Origin: Laetmonice hystrix | Taxonomy: Eukaryota | DNA length: 64,000 nucleotides | Assembly: GCA_965235115.1 (NCBI GenBank) | Contig: OZ249436.1 | Span: 43,340,001 to 43,404,000, forward strand | Reading direction: 5' to 3' | In this document: piece after piece, positions 27,119 to 41,166 of the stretch | How positions within the stretch are numbered: position 1 is the first letter of the stretch | Layout of the letters: the number at the start of each line of letters is the position of its first letter | Notes under the pieces: model-generated | Told to the model about the DNA's origin: nothing | Databases searched by the model: none | What the model saw: only the letters and a program-made list of their open reading frames with translations | Translations under genes and position numbers: made by a program

Positions 27119-27203
27119 GTAAATAAAGGCCTTAGATGACCTACTAAAACCAAAATCAGGCCAGACCCCCCCCCCCCCCCTAAAATAAACACACACTATT
27201 TAA

Positions 27204-28150
27204 AGCCATTTACGAGTATCTCTTCTTTCAACGCCTCCAAAAAGCAAACATGGGTTCTTAGGTTAGATGGCTGGTTGTTGACTTGGGTCCGTTGTTTAAT
27301 TCGTATTTTTTTCAATCTTAAAGGCATTGATTGTGTCGAAAATTCCATCTTAAACGTGTTATTTCGCAGAAAAAAGTTTATATAGAGAACTTCTACAGAA
27401 TAATTCAAAGGTATGCCTACGTTTCCGGGTAATATTAATGCCGATTTTATAAAAATGGTCTAAAAATATGACATACAACATATAGATCTACTCTTGACGC
27501 TTGACGGGAACAAGTTGCTCCGAGATTTGGAACTGCTCACTTTCTATTGCTAAATCCTAAGTATTTTTTCGCCTGTGGCTGCTGCTACCTGGTTAATACA
27601 ATTTCCCTGATTGCACACCACGATTTAATCTTCCACTGGTACCCTGCCAATTATATGCATGGGTCTGTCTCAGAGTATTAATAAAACAGCCGTATTTCAT
27701 AAACTTCGAGACCTATTGTTATCAGCACGGGGCGTGGAGTTGACTGGCTGGTTGTCTGCCTCAGAATCCTCTCAGAGATATGAATGAGAGGCAGAGAACC
27801 AGCCAGCGTGGTTGATGCCGCTGTGTGGATACTTGGCCACATGGCCTATTGTTATCAGCACAGGGCGTGGAGTTGACTGGCTGGTTGTCTGCCTCAGACT
27901 CCTCTCAGAGTTATAAATGAGAGGCAGAGAACCAGCCAGCGTGGTTGATGCCGCTGCGTGGATACTTGTCCACATGGCCCATATGTTATGATTTCTATCT
28001 CGTAGCCCATCGCTTCATGTCGACAACAGACAACTTGGAATGTTAAATTTCATTAGATTTCTCCATTTCTGTATACATTTATAGATTTATGTAGTCTAAC
28101 CTAACAGTCCATTTTAGAGTCATTGAAAGAAGAGATAATCGTGAATGGCT
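27204..28150. mobile_element. Kolobok-like MITE, TTAA/TCAA flanks, internal ~134-bp tandem duplication (27712-27978)
   Basis: TIR AGCCATTTACGAGTATCTCTTCTTTCAA / TTGAAAGAAGAGATAATCGTGAATGGCT; right arm homologous to the copies at 18571 and 48174. Confidence 0.75.
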
Positions 28151-29151
28151 TCAAGGTTTATCGCAAGAGAAGGTGCCCTTATTTTCCACCACATTCATTC
28201 TACGTTTTCCAACCTTCTGCCGATTAGTAATTCCCACATTAATGGCGGCTGTTATGCCGAGTGAGATATCCTGTTTAAATATACATATAAATAGTATCAT
28301 AATTTGGAGTGTTTTCTAAAAATAGCTTATCAATAGTCGAATCAATACAATAACACTTCCACCGTCACAGATCTGATAGTACCCTGCCAGAGTTTTATTA
28401 TTAAACTCAGATGTCAGAATGTAAAACCGTGCGCTTCTTTTTACGCGTTCTATCTGCCTTTGGACGTTTCACATGATTTTCCCGTCAATTGGCAGAGATA
28501 AACGCCCGACAGTATCACCCGATCATCTGATCTACGCCATGGATGTTGAATGGACCAGTCTGCCACAGCCGCCCCATGGTGCCCTGCTTTCAGAACGCGC
28601 CGCTCCCAGACCTGGCCACCCTCCGGACATTCCCTTCGTTCAATCTCTGCCACACATTGGGTACTGCCGTTTGAGTGACCCCTGACCTGACCTAGAAATC
28701 CCCGATCGGAACAGCCGAACATTGCCGAGCTCGAATCGTGGCTGCTCGATTTTTCTGAGGCACTCTTGTTGTTGCGCACACAAACATCCAGATCTTCGGA
28801 GAAATCATCTGCAGCCCCTATGTTGGAACGGAAGTACCTATATAATAGTATTTCGAATCATCCCGAAATTGGCAAACCGACTTGCGACTAGCTGATTTTC
28901 CTCAGCAAATGTAGTTCCTAATATTTCATCAGGTATTTCTCTTGTACGGTGAATGTCACTTGGTATAATCTCGATTTTGGGATTTAGAGGTACGTTAAAA
29001 CGGGATTAAACGCGTAGGTGCCCGATTTTGCCCGTAAAAAGTGAGGTGTGGCAGAGGGGTAGTGGAGCGAGCCCCTCTGCATTAGGAGATTGCTGATTGG
29101 CTAGCGTACGCTTTGCACTACCGTATGGTTGTACCAATCTTAATCCGCGGC

Positions 29152-29420
29152 CGCTCCCAGATCTGATTGGCTGGGGCACAGTCATCGGCGGCCGCTCCCA
29201 GACCTGATTGGCTGGACGCTCCCAGACCTGATTGGCTGGTGTACGCTCCCAGACCTGATTGGCTGGACGTTCCCAGACCTGATTGGCTGGTGTACGTTCC
29301 CAGACCTGATTGGCTGGACGTTCCCAGACCTGATTGGCTGGACGCTCCCAGACCTGATTGGCTGGTGTACGCTCCCAGACCTGATTGGCTGGACGCTCCC
29401 AGACCTGATTGGCTGGTGTA
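29152..29420. repeat. 24/27-bp minisatellite (GCTCCCAGACCTGATTGGCTGGAC)
   Basis: Direct reading. Confidence 0.95.
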
Positions 29421-30421
29421 TAGAAGGACGTAGCGGAGACGCTGGGTACGTTGTGTGCTGTGAGCGATAATTGAGACGTATCGACCGTGCCCGGTAGAGG
29501 GCGCTAGAGGTTGATATTCTGGCATACTATCTGATGCCTGCCTGAGGGTTCTATCAATCACGCCTCGTCTCTCGACCTTTTGCGCTATTTGCAATGTAAG
29601 GAGAATCTGCCAGAGGATCAACTATTCGAGTGACTCGATCCTTTCGCTTCAAGTAGACACTTAGGTCCCTTGGTGTAGGCCTATGTGAAGCACATTGTAC
29701 ACGTACTATACGCAGACCAAGGGAATCGCTGGAACCGCATTGTATGATTGTATGTAAATGTAATTTCTCAGACGGCTGTAGCTGTTGATCTGTACCGGTC
29801 GCATAGGGGTGTGTAATGAATGAGTCTAACGACCTGACTCGAGGGTTGTGAGATTTGGCCAACAGTTTACCCCCCCCCCTCCCGATCTGGCCATCAGGAT
29901 TTGCCGCCGCTAACTCCAAACCTGGCACACATTAACAATTGCGTCGCGCCAGCTGTGACTCACACGCAGACTTCACACTGCGACTGCGCACGGATCGGTG
30001 GAAGTTTGGTGTCAAGTGTCTAAGTAATATATCACAACCTTCACTATCCTTCCCTCACCGACCCTCTATATGCACCACCACCGGCCCCCTTCCCCCTGCA
30101 TCAATCAGGGAGGCTACTGTAGCGGTAAAAGGTACACTTAAAGATGAAACCAGACCGGATGATTCCCGGCAATCATTGATCCCTTTTCCCACTATTATAG
30201 AAAGCTAATTTTTCATGTGCCGCTGTGCATGTGTCTGCTGTGACCCCTGTCTCAAAGGTCAAAAGTCAAAGTAATGAAGATGGAAAAGTTTATAGGAAGT
30301 GAGATCCAATAAAGCATTTTGATAAAAGAATAAAATGTCCGCGTTGGAACCTTTGGGGTTTCCGTTGTAGGGCTCACAGGTTAACCACTAACCTATGACG
30401 TCGCATGACGTAATGCTTGAT

Positions 30422-30425
<4 letters not shown>

Positions 30426-30463
<38 letters not shown>

Positions 30464-30535
30464 CGAGAGCGGGGGAGAGAGAGGGAGGGAGAGAGACAGA
30501 AAGAGAGAGAGAGAGACAGAGAGAGACAGAGAGAG
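30426..30535. repeat. (GA)n microsatellite
   Basis: Direct reading. Confidence 0.95.
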
Positions 30536-30777
30536 TCAAGGTTTGATGTACCGTGTGTGCAAGTTTCATCTAGATGTCATGAAAATTGAAGGAGAAATCA
30601 GTCCCTACTCACTGACCGAAGTCAACAATTTTCGGGTCACGTGACTGATTAAAAAATAGATTAGATCTAAGTAATATTTTTTTGAGCGTGTGTTGTGTCG
30701 GAAATGAACTTTGATTCAATTTTTATCTGAAAACCCTTCTACCCACCAGGATTCGAAGCCACGCCCTTTCCGTTAAA

Positions 30778-31020
30778 GTGAGTGAGTTAGTAGTTGGTGT
30801 TTAACGCCCAGCATTATTTCAGCTATTTCAGGGCGAGAACAAGGTAACTAACTCAGTCGGTGAAATCCATTGGGTGACAATGATGAGATGATAGGAGGAA
30901 ACCCAGCATCAGGGCGAACCCCTACTCTTACCGATAGGTGCCAAGGGATCTTTAACGTGCCCTCCACATAGACGTATCGTGACACGGCCGGCCTTTGATA
31001 AAGCAGTCGACAGCACTGCT
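30778..31020 (-). mobile_element. Probable SINE fragment in reverse orientation
   Basis: (GTGA)n tail followed by GTTTAACGCC...TTTCAGCTAT and GGGATCTTTAACGTGCC...GTGACACGG, resembling lophotrochozoan SINE bodies; recognised from memory, head not seen. Confidence 0.45.
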
Positions 31021-32899
31021 ATTCAGGAAAGTGCTGGACGTGCTGAACGGCGTGTGTAGATCCTCCAGTCATCGTTAAAGGTCTCGCCAGACAATAAGTC
31101 AGCTGTTAACTTCGAAAGGAGACATTTACCATCGGCCTCTCCCTTCAATATATAACTTCCGGTTCCCGTATACGGCTTCCGGTACCCGTGCTCGGCTTCT
31201 AGAGCCCACGTTCTGTACAAGAACAACGGCAACGAAAGGTACGGCAGCTTCTATACACAGGGTAAGGGCGTCCAGAGCCACGTTCTGTACAAGAAGAACA
31301 GCAAGGAGAGGGGCACCTGCTACATACAGGGTAAGGGTGAATAATTAAATCCCTGTTTTTTAGCCATCCTTCCAGGCATGCCGTCAGATTACTACGCCGA
31401 GTAATCCTCCCTGCAGCCATCTACACTTAACCAGAATGGCTCATAAATAATCCCTACGCCACTGCTGTGCGCCTTATATCCTGCCGCGCAGCAAGCAAGG
31501 AAAAGTCCCATAATATTTGGCAAACTATTAACATCTCGGTGTTTTGTATCAATTCGCACATAGCGTTCGATATTCAATGGGGACTATAAATTATTTGGGC
31601 TAAGCATGTTTTTCTACCTGTGATTTTTTTTGGTTATTTACCGATCGAGCCCAATTTATGTAACCCCAACTCCCTTCGGCTTCTTCCTCAGACTTTCACG
31701 ATTATTTATATTATTATCCAAGTTCAATAATCAAAAGAAACATCCGTGTTATCTGGAAATCGACTTACCGTACCTGAGATCTTTCAACTGGTTCCCTGCG
31801 CGTGCCCCGAAGAACAGGGGCCCATTTTACTAATGGAGGATGTCCCCCCAGCGGCGTTCTGGGGACATCCTGGCGACATTCCTTCATCACTGGATGGGCC
31901 GGGCAGGGACATTCTAGTGGACCACATTGAGTGGGGATAATCCGAAATCGGCATGTCGCGGGAATGTGCACCGTTAGTGAAACAGGCCCCAGGGGACCGG
32001 CAGGCTGAATATAGTGCACCGGGAGCTATCCCAGAACCCGATGGAGCCATAGATGATTATGGAGAAATCATGAGTTAGAGTGGGTTAGAGTGATGTTTTA
32101 GCCTCCTTCTCACTTTACGCGGACATCCCTTTTTTATGACGATGGTTTGATATCCAACCTGAGGTACTTTTAGCTTGTAATCTGAAAGTACTTCACCTGT
32201 AATTGCCGATAGAGGGCGATGCTGTCGGTCTTATAATGAGGGGTGCCTATCTTACCAATCCTAACCACTGGGAGAAAAATGTTTGTGGCCACCCTAAGTT
32301 TTTCTTTAGAGCATAAATAAAACCCCTGTTCGGACGAACCCTCGCAGTCTATATGTGGGCACATTCCAATCTGTAGATTGGTCTGCACATCACACAGAGG
32401 CCGGAATTTGTTTCTGTGACCTCCAGAAATCACATCCCTCATACTCTCCATCTCATCTACGTTGTCCACGACCACCCACTTGAGCCAGTTTTTATAATTC
32501 GTCGTGATACCTTGTTCTCAGAGCATGCGCAGTGTTGGGGGAGTGATTTGAACGCGTTCGATCAGAACCCATCCCCCGGTAACCGTGTCCTATTGCTGTC
32601 AGTGGGCTGGAAACGATCTTTAGATTACGACGCACGGATTCATTGAATAGGGCGTGACTCGATCTTGGTGGCCAACAAAAAATAAACACATCTAGCGTTT
32701 ACGTAAACCCACTCATCCCCTCCATGTAAATTTGCTGGGCCCACCACTTCTATAGAGAAGCTCCAACGTCAGGCGGGGATGTCGCCTGACCCTTCGGCTG
32801 AGAAGGAAGAAATTCTCACTGGCGTGTAAGGCGGGAAAGGCCTTGTACAGAGGCGTTGGAAACCTCGTTCAAGTGGACGGGCCAGGGTAAAGTTTGTTC

Positions 32900-33185
32900 T
32901 CTTCACAGTCAACACTATCTTTGATCTTTGATCAGTTTTGACAGGGATGCGCTCAAGTACAACGATCCTCTGTGCACTGACGCTACTCATGTAAATAATA
33001 TTGAACATATGTGTGACCAGTTGATAAATGTATGCCTTGAGGCTGGTAAGACTTCGTTTCCCATGTGCGCTCCCCACGTGGGCGGGTGCCCATGTGGAAC
33101 GAGTGCATAAAGCCAATGCGCGAAGACTCATTATTCTGGCACTGGCTGTGGAAGGAGGCCGGCAGTATGGGGCGCCGTTTTAACA
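32900..33185 (+). mobile_element. Frameshifted LINE ORF2 fragment (endonuclease-RT linker)
   Basis: HVNNIEHMCDQLINVCLEAGKTSFP, then in another frame VPMWNECIKPMREDSLFWHWLWKEAG, typical of the PGWN...SLFWH.IW motif in invertebrate LINE ORF2. Confidence 0.7.
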
Positions 33186-33194
33186 TTTATTCCT

Positions 33195-34850
33195 ATTTAG
33201 TGATATCACTAAATGAATTTTTGATATCTCTAATTGAATTAATGATATCTCTAATTCAATTTTTGATATCAGAAAATCAATTTCTGATATCGATAATTCA
33301 ATTTCTGATATCAATAATTAATTTAGTGATATCTCTAATTCTGTCAATTAAAGATATCATTAATTGAATTGGAGATATCAGAAATTGATTTTCTGATATC
33401 AAAAATTGAATTAGAGATATCACTAATTCAATTAGAGATATCATTAATTGATTTTCTGATATCAAAAATTGAATTAGAGATATCATTAATTCCACCTTAA
33501 TTTTTTGATATCTCTAATTCATTTAATGATATCTACAATTGTATTTTTGATATCGCTAATTCAATTTCTGATATCTCCAATTCATTTAGTGATATCAAAA
33601 ATTCTAAGAATTAGAGATATCAATAATTGAATTGGAGATATCAGAAATTGCATTTCAGATATCAGATTTCGGTAAGTTTGGGGCTCCCAAACACGACTGA
33701 AGGTCGATTTCGGTAAGTTTGGGGGCTCCTAAACCCAATTAGAAGTCGATTTCGGTAAATATGGGTCCTTCCCAACACTATTAGTGGTCGATTTCGGTAA
33801 GTCTGGGGGCTTCCCAACACTATAAGAGTTCGATTTCGGTAAGTCTGGGGGTCGATTTCGGTAATTAGTCATGGGGTGTCTTGATTTCGGTAGATTCCGG
33901 TATATTGCGGTATATTGCGGTAGATTTCGGTAATTAGTCACACCGGTCAGCACGTGATCGCAATGCTATTTCAATAGGGAACACGCTGCTCTTTAATACT
34001 CGTCAATTTGGAGACAAAATTCTATTCACCCGACTCCACACAGTTTTTAAAATGTTCATAAGATCCTCTACTGTGAAATGTTTGTCTGGATTACAAGGTC
34101 AACTGTCCACACTTTGAAAAACTTCAAATGGCGGAGACCGCCAAGTAACCATGTTGACGGTAGGACAGGCGATGGGAGGCCGACCGGTGACAGAGCTGGG
34201 CTGGGGAGCGGTTCGAAATCCCAATGGATTTTTAAACTGGGTCACGAATTAGTGATATCAAAAATACAATTAGAGATTTTAGAAATTATATTACAGATAT
34301 CAAAAATATAGGAAGAGAATTAGTGATATCGCTAATTGAATTAATGATATCTGCAATTCTATTTCTGATATCTGAAATTCAATTTCCGATATTAAAAAAA
34401 ACAATTTTTGATATCTGCAAATAGAAGAATTAGAGATATCATTAATTGAATTGGAGATAGGCTATCAGAAATTGAATTAGAGATATCAAAAAATGAATTA
34501 ATGATATCACTAAATGATTTAACGATATCAGAAATTGAATTAATGATATCAAAAATTGAATTAATGATATCAAAAAATGAATTAGAGATAGGCCTATTAA
34601 AAATAGAAAGGCATTTAGCGATATCATTAATCCATTTATTGATATCGGCAATTCAATTTTTGATATCTCTAATTTGATTAGTGATATCTCTAATTCTATT
34701 TCTGATATCACTAATTCTATTTCTGATATCGCTAATTCATTTAGTGATATCACTAATTCTTTTTTGATATCTCTAATTATTTCTTGATATCATTAAATAT
34801 TTAATGATATCAAGAAATGATTTAGTGATATCAAGAAATGAATTAGAGAC
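33195..34850. repeat. Two AT-rich blocks (33195-33665, 34245-34850) of ~21-bp GATATC-centred subrepeats in both orientations; probable foldback element
   Basis: Dense AATTAGAGATATC/GATATCTCTAATT units; the blocks enclose a TTTCGGTAA-repeat element end (33665-33946, ...ACA|CCGG). Confidence 0.8.
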
Positions 34851-35540
34851 GTGAATGATTCACTAATCCCTACGCACTGTAAATTACTATGAACACTTTT
34901 GATTGTACATGGTTTGTACGAATAAATACTATATATCGATCTTTTCTACGGAAGATTTGGCTATTCCATATGGTATTGGACAATTTATTGATGAGACAGC
35001 AGTTCCGATGCCCCTTTCGTGTCTCTGTATTTTATCTTTGATAACCGTGATTCCAATTGGCCCCGTGTGACAGGCGAAATCCATCACCATCACGGAATTT
35101 TACTTTTCTAACTCTGTTTGTAATTGTTTTCTATTTCAAATATCTGATTGCCTTGTTGCAATTCTTAACTTCATTGTTGGCTCTTGTGGAAAACTTGGCG
35201 TTTCAATTCAAAAGTCCCACACTTTTAATGAGTTCCTGAGAAGATTCATAATCTATTAACAAACTCCGGTTCACCGCCAGGTTTTCTTTTACAAGCGGGT
35301 AGATTCTCAACCTTTTTTTGCTACATGGATACTTGAACGTATTTGAAGGACCGGTTTCAATTATTTCAACCATCTTTAACAGACAGACTGTAAGGTATGC
35401 TAATTTTTCACTTTAATTAGTATTTGAATAAAAGAGAGTTAAAGACGTGTATGTACACGAACACCCTAATAAACAACCAACGGCACGTCTTATCCCTCCT
35501 CTCTATCCATACCTTGATGTGTTTCTATCGCGCAAGGGTG

Positions 35541-36070
35541 AGATATCGCGCATGGGTGGGATATCGCGCATGGGTGGGATATCGCGCATGGGAGGGATAT
35601 GGCGCATGGGTGGGATATCGCGCATGGGTGGAATATCGCGCATGGGTGGGATATCGCGCATGGGTGGGATATGGCGCATGGGAGGGATATGGCGCATGGG
35701 TGGGATATCGCGCATGGGTGGGATATCGCGCATGGGTGGGATATCGCGCATGGGTGGGATATGGCGCATGGGAGGGATATGGCGCATGGGTGGAATATCG
35801 CGCATGGGTGAGATATCGCGCATGGGTGAGATATCGCGCATGGGTGGGATATCGCGCATGGGTGGGATATCGCGCATGGGTGGGATATCGCGCATGGGTG
35901 GGATATCGTGCATGGGTGGGATATCGCGCATGGGTGGGATATCGCGCATGGGTGGGATATCGCGCATGGGTGGGATATCGCGCATGGGTGGGATATCGCG
36001 CATGGGTGGGATATCGCGCATGGGTGGGATATCGCGCATGGGTGGGATATCGCGCATGGGAGGGATATCG
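35541..36070. repeat. 18-bp minisatellite (GATATCGCGCATGGGTGG), about 29 copies
   Basis: Direct reading. Confidence 0.98.
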
Positions 36071-37080
36071 CTGAAGGCTGATAGTAGGCCGATCGGTCAC
36101 GCGATATCTATAGACCTACCTCAAGTTAAGGGTGAAATCCAAGACATCGATATTACGGCGAAATATGTGTACATCTTTAAGTGCCACTCTCTGCCGGTAG
36201 ATGTCAGTAGAACCTACATGTCTGCATTATCAAATTTATTCACGTCTAACCACATCGGTGAGGGAACTCCATTTTTAATACCACAATGGAGTAACAACAA
36301 TATTTGAATTAAAAAAACTCAATCTATCTAACCTAGAATAATATTCTCTTGTAAATGCTGATCCATCTGCCGATACCCCACCGGAAGCCGTTACCAAGGT
36401 GGTGGGTGAGATATCAATGATTTATGGCAGTGGTGTTTCGCAGCGACACGTGCCACCAGTGAACAATCCTCATTGTTTGAGTGTCTCCAGCGCCATCTAC
36501 GATTTGTGTAAAGTGTACACATGGCTGTGGTAAACATCTCGTTACTCGATGGTAACAATCGAGTGATGTATAACGAGCAAACGGAGACGCTGTTCACCTC
36601 ATTGACATGCAGGGCCGTCACTAGCAATGAGGCAGATGCCTCATCTGTCATTTCCCAGATTTCTTTTTTAAGGTCTTGTGCTACACTAATTCAAACCTAC
36701 TACATATCAATATTATGTATTTTGATAGAACGAACAAGTGTTTCTGATTTTAAAAAGGTAAAAATATGTTATCATGCTGACTTTTGTGTGGGCTTCTAGA
36801 AAATGCAGGTTGCTGTTAATGTGGATGCACCTCACACTAGGAGGCCACCAGGGTAAACCCAAAGCTTTGCACAGGCACTATTTCTCATAAAACCTAGGCT
36901 TATACAAAAAATTCACCACGGTGACATATAGACATCCAAACACTTTTTAAATCAAAAATACTTGTTCTTTGTATTGAAATGCATTATTTGATAGGTGCCG
37001 CGCATGACCAGTAGCAACATTTATGTGACTATTTTTTCTTGAGTTAACCGTGTAAAATTTCAGGGGTACATCTGTCCTGA

Positions 37081-37985
37081 GGAAAATGGGTAGTGTACCG
37101 TCCGTTACCCAGGGAAAGTGGGTAGTGTACCGTCCGTTACCAGGGGAAAGTGGTAGTGTACCGTCCGTTACCAGGGGAAAGTGGGTAGTGTACCGTCCGT
37201 TACCCGGGGAAAGTGGGTAGTGTACCGTCCGTTACCAGGGAAAGTGGGTAGTGTACCGTCCGTTACCAGGGGAAAGTGGGTAGTGTACCGTCCGTTACCC
37301 GGGGAAAGTGGGTAGTGTACCGTCCGTTACCAGGGAAAGTGGGTAGTGTACCGTCCGTTACCAGGGAAAGTGGGTAGTGTACCGTCCGTTACCAGGGAAA
37401 GTGGGTAGTGTACCGTCCGTTACCCGGGGAAAGTGGGTAGTGTACCGTCCGTTACCAGGGAAAGTGGGTAGTGTACCGTCCGTTACCCGGGGAAAGTGGG
37501 TAGTGTACCGTCCGTTACCAGGGAAAGTGGGTAGTGTACCGTCCGTTACCGGGGAAAGTGGGTAGTGTACCGTCCGTTACCGGGGAAAGTGGGTAGTGTA
37601 CCGTCCGTTACCCGGGGATGGGTAGTGTACCGTCCGTTACCAGGGAAAGTGGGTAGTGTACCGTCCGTTACCAGGGGAAAGTAGGTAGTGTACCGTCCGT
37701 TACCCGGGGATGGGTAGACCTTCCGTGACCCGGGGAAAGTGGGTAGTGTACCGTCCGTTACCAGGGAAAGTGGTAGTGTACCGTCCGTTACCCGGGGATG
37801 GGTAGACCGTCCGTTACCCGGGAAAGTGGGTAGTGTACCGTCCGTTACCCGGGAAAGTGGGTAGTGTACCGTCCGTTACCCGGGAAAAATTGGGTAGTGT
37901 ACCGTCCGTTACCCGGGAAAAATTGGGTAGTGTACCGTCCGGTACCCGGGGAAAGTGGGTAGTGCACAGTCCACCCGTGGGTAGT
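37081..37985. repeat. ~30-bp minisatellite (GGGAAAGTGGGTAGTGTACCGTCCGTTACC), about 29 copies
   Basis: Direct reading. Confidence 0.97.
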
Positions 37986-37986
37986 G

Positions 37987-38322
37987 TTATGCGGGATTTC
38001 CACCGGACGCGAGCGAGCGATTTCATCTTTCACACTCGCGCCTGGTCAGCACAAGCGAGCGCATCACCTTTGACCATTTCCACCAGGTGCGAACGCAAAC
38101 CCCAACATGGCAGTGTCCAGTCTTGCGCGTCGCGAAGATTTCTTAGTATACAATCTCGTTACGTCGAGCGAGCCAGCGCAAAAAGTTGAAAGTTGACCAA
38201 CTTTAAAGAATCGCGCGCGCGACAGATGGAAATTACTGCAATAACTTCAACTATTTCTACTTTTGAAGCGCGCGCGCACCAAAACAAATCGCTCGCTTGC
38301 GTCCGGTGGAAATCCCGCATAA
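37987..38322. mobile_element. PIF/Harbinger-like MITE
   Basis: TTATGCGGGATTTCCACCGGACGCGAGCGAGCGATTT pairs with AAATCGCTCGCTTGCGTCCGGTGGAAATCCCGCATAA; TTA/TAA ends. Confidence 0.8.
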
Positions 38323-41166
38323 GACCCTTGACTACTTCCCATCTATAGGCATAACTAACCCACGGGTTGGGAAACACGAATCCCAAATGTGTTCGCTATC
38401 ACGGATAATTAATAGCGGTGCCTTCGCTTAAGGATAAAAAGAAAATTTTAATAAGCGATTAATAAGTGAAAAAAAGAAAGATTGGTCGCGTTTCAACTGA
38501 CTGCTCTGTCTGGCGCGAATCTTGGCAGCAACAAAAGCAGGCACGCTCCTTGACTGTGTACCATTTTTTAAAAAAAATCAGTATTCATGTTTATAATCAA
38601 ATTATGGATTTATTATGCGACGACGACTTCTTGTTACCGGTCCACCAACATGCATGGTGCACGGGCTGGCGCAATTCGTATAGAACATACAATAAATATT
38701 ATAGATCGTGTGTGTTTATTGTAATATATACTCTCATAGAACAATAGCATTATGAAACCTGCCTTGGCAGATGAGCAGAACCAGCTGGTAAGATCGATCA
38801 ATTCATTGTCATGGAAAACAATCAGATATATCTCGAGGCCATATATATCAATCCGTAACGTATATCATTATCTTTTTTAAAGAAGAAGACTTGTCGTAAA
38901 TCCTACACAGACCACAACTAGGCCTCCATGTATATTAACTTTTCACATTGTATTTTTTTGGGTGACAGCTCGCTAAGAATTATCGCGTAAAATGAACCCA
39001 TAAACAAGGACCATGATGTTTCCATCAAAATCACCCGCTTCACCAAAGCCGACATATTACTGTGGCCGGAAGGCCGCTGACGTCATTGTCTGTTTTTAGT
39101 TCCGGTCGATAGTGCATGCTCTATTTGAGCACCAATTGTGTTCAACTCTTTTCTAAATTAAAGTTTCACGGCATATCTGCCTGACCATGTTCCCACTCTG
39201 AGAAGACTTTTCTCTGAGATAAAAGGCACTCTTGTAATCACATCATGCCCCGCGCGCGGGTCCCGAATCTGTTAGCAGTCGTACCACTTCCGGTTCTTGG
39301 GTTGCAATTTATTTTTCCACCCCCAGGGGGAGCTACGGGTAGATACGGTTGTCTCCGAGAACACAGCGTGGCGCCTGGAAGCTGTGTTAATCAAGGCTGG
39401 GCTCAAAGACCACCGCGGAGTAATATCTATTACTCCGCCATGGCAAGACCTTGGAGGATTGGAGGTATTCCTCCGAGGTAAAACATAGAGCCAAAACATC
39501 CATTGGGTGCAGGAGTTCCGGTCGTAAGACAAGGATCCTGTACGTCATATATTTTGCGTGTGTTTTAAATTCGCGATTAAATAAAAAAAAAACACACACA
39601 CAAAACAAAGAAAAAAACCGCAAAACTAAGAAACACCAAATTCAAGTCTTGAAAATGACGTCATGCTTTGGCAGATGGAATGCGTTGTAGCCAACCAGAA
39701 TGATGCCCTCTGGTGGAAGGATGAGTTGCTCTGACGTCAATGACTCTTGTATTTAATATATTTAATACATTTTTTTCTCTTTTTGAAGGCGGTGTCATTT
39801 TCAGAACGCGAATACGAAATCACTCGAAACCTGTCATCATCCTAATCATAAACATGATTGCTCATCATATTTTTTGTTTCGTGTAGATATGATTAGGAGA
39901 CCACTCTCTGAGTGATGTCGTTACTGGCAGTTACTTAACCAATGCTGGCCGGAAGTCCCAGTGTTTACAACCATAGACCAGTAGACCAAAGGAAAGAACG
40001 AGTAAATCCGTCGTCGTGTTAGACACCCACATAATGAAGTTTATATATGAGCAGGAATCTAATAATTTTTTGCCATTCAATCATTTCGCCGCCTTAGATA
40101 TTCTCTGCTCCATTTGTGTGGGATTCCAAGAGTAATCAGTGTCAAGCAGCGTACAGGCACCAAGATTTCCTCAAGTCGATCGCTCACAACATACCTCATC
40201 CGGGCGAGGCCAGTAAAGAACTGCTGTTTCTTCTTGATTAGATAGCCATTATACGGACAGTTGGTCGGCTGAATAGCTTCCACACTACTGGCGTGTCAAC
40301 TAATCTACGGGGCTGACAGCTTTGGCACCAGAGACTCGGGAAGCAAACGAAACGCAGTCAACAGTGACCCCCGGCCAGGAGCCCTTTCTACCGATCAGAC
40401 AAAATCATTTTAACAGAACATATTTCTTTAAACCAGGTGTGCCAAGTTTAGTATGCCGTTTTAAGTGTGACGTTGAGAGCAGTTGCATCATGTATGTATA
40501 ATGTTATGTAAAGTAATAGGCCTTACACCGTTTAACATGGCGCGGTGGGTTCCGCATTCATCAATTATTGTCTGTACACCGATTTCAGCTGATTTATTCC
40601 TTGTATCATAGGTGTGTGAATAATGAATGAGCTTTTAACAAATTTATGTGCGTTGTCCTTCACTTCGGCAATATGTTATAGACTATAATGGCCCTTTAAA
40701 ATAATTGCGCCCCTAATTCCTTCTAGCCATGGATAGCCGAGGAGGGCTATGATGTGGGGCTGTAATCGGCGTATCCCTCTGAACATATTGACGAATAAGA
40801 TCCTGGTTCGAATAAGATCCTGGTTTGAACAAGATCGAACCGTGAACCGGTAATTGTGAATAAGTTCCTAACTTCATGGTGCTTATAACTTCTTGTACTA
40901 CATTTTGTAATCCCATTCAATTTTGTTTATTATCCTATACCATGATTGGCGTGCTGGTATGCGCTCTACTCTCTCCAGCCAATCTCGTCTTTACTGGGAA
41001 ACATACCAACTACTATATCCATCAATTACAACAATAGAATTTACATTTCAATCATACCAGTACATAAATTAAAACATATTTGCCCTAGAGACGGGAAAAT
41101 CTCGAATCGGACTTTTTAATCAGTGGTCTCAAGTTACGACAAGATTCTCAACCAATTCGCTCTTAA

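Noticed and set aside
30745..30775. tRNA gene (reverse B-box-like GGATTCGAA)
   Set aside because: No cloverleaf visible; at most a decayed SINE head
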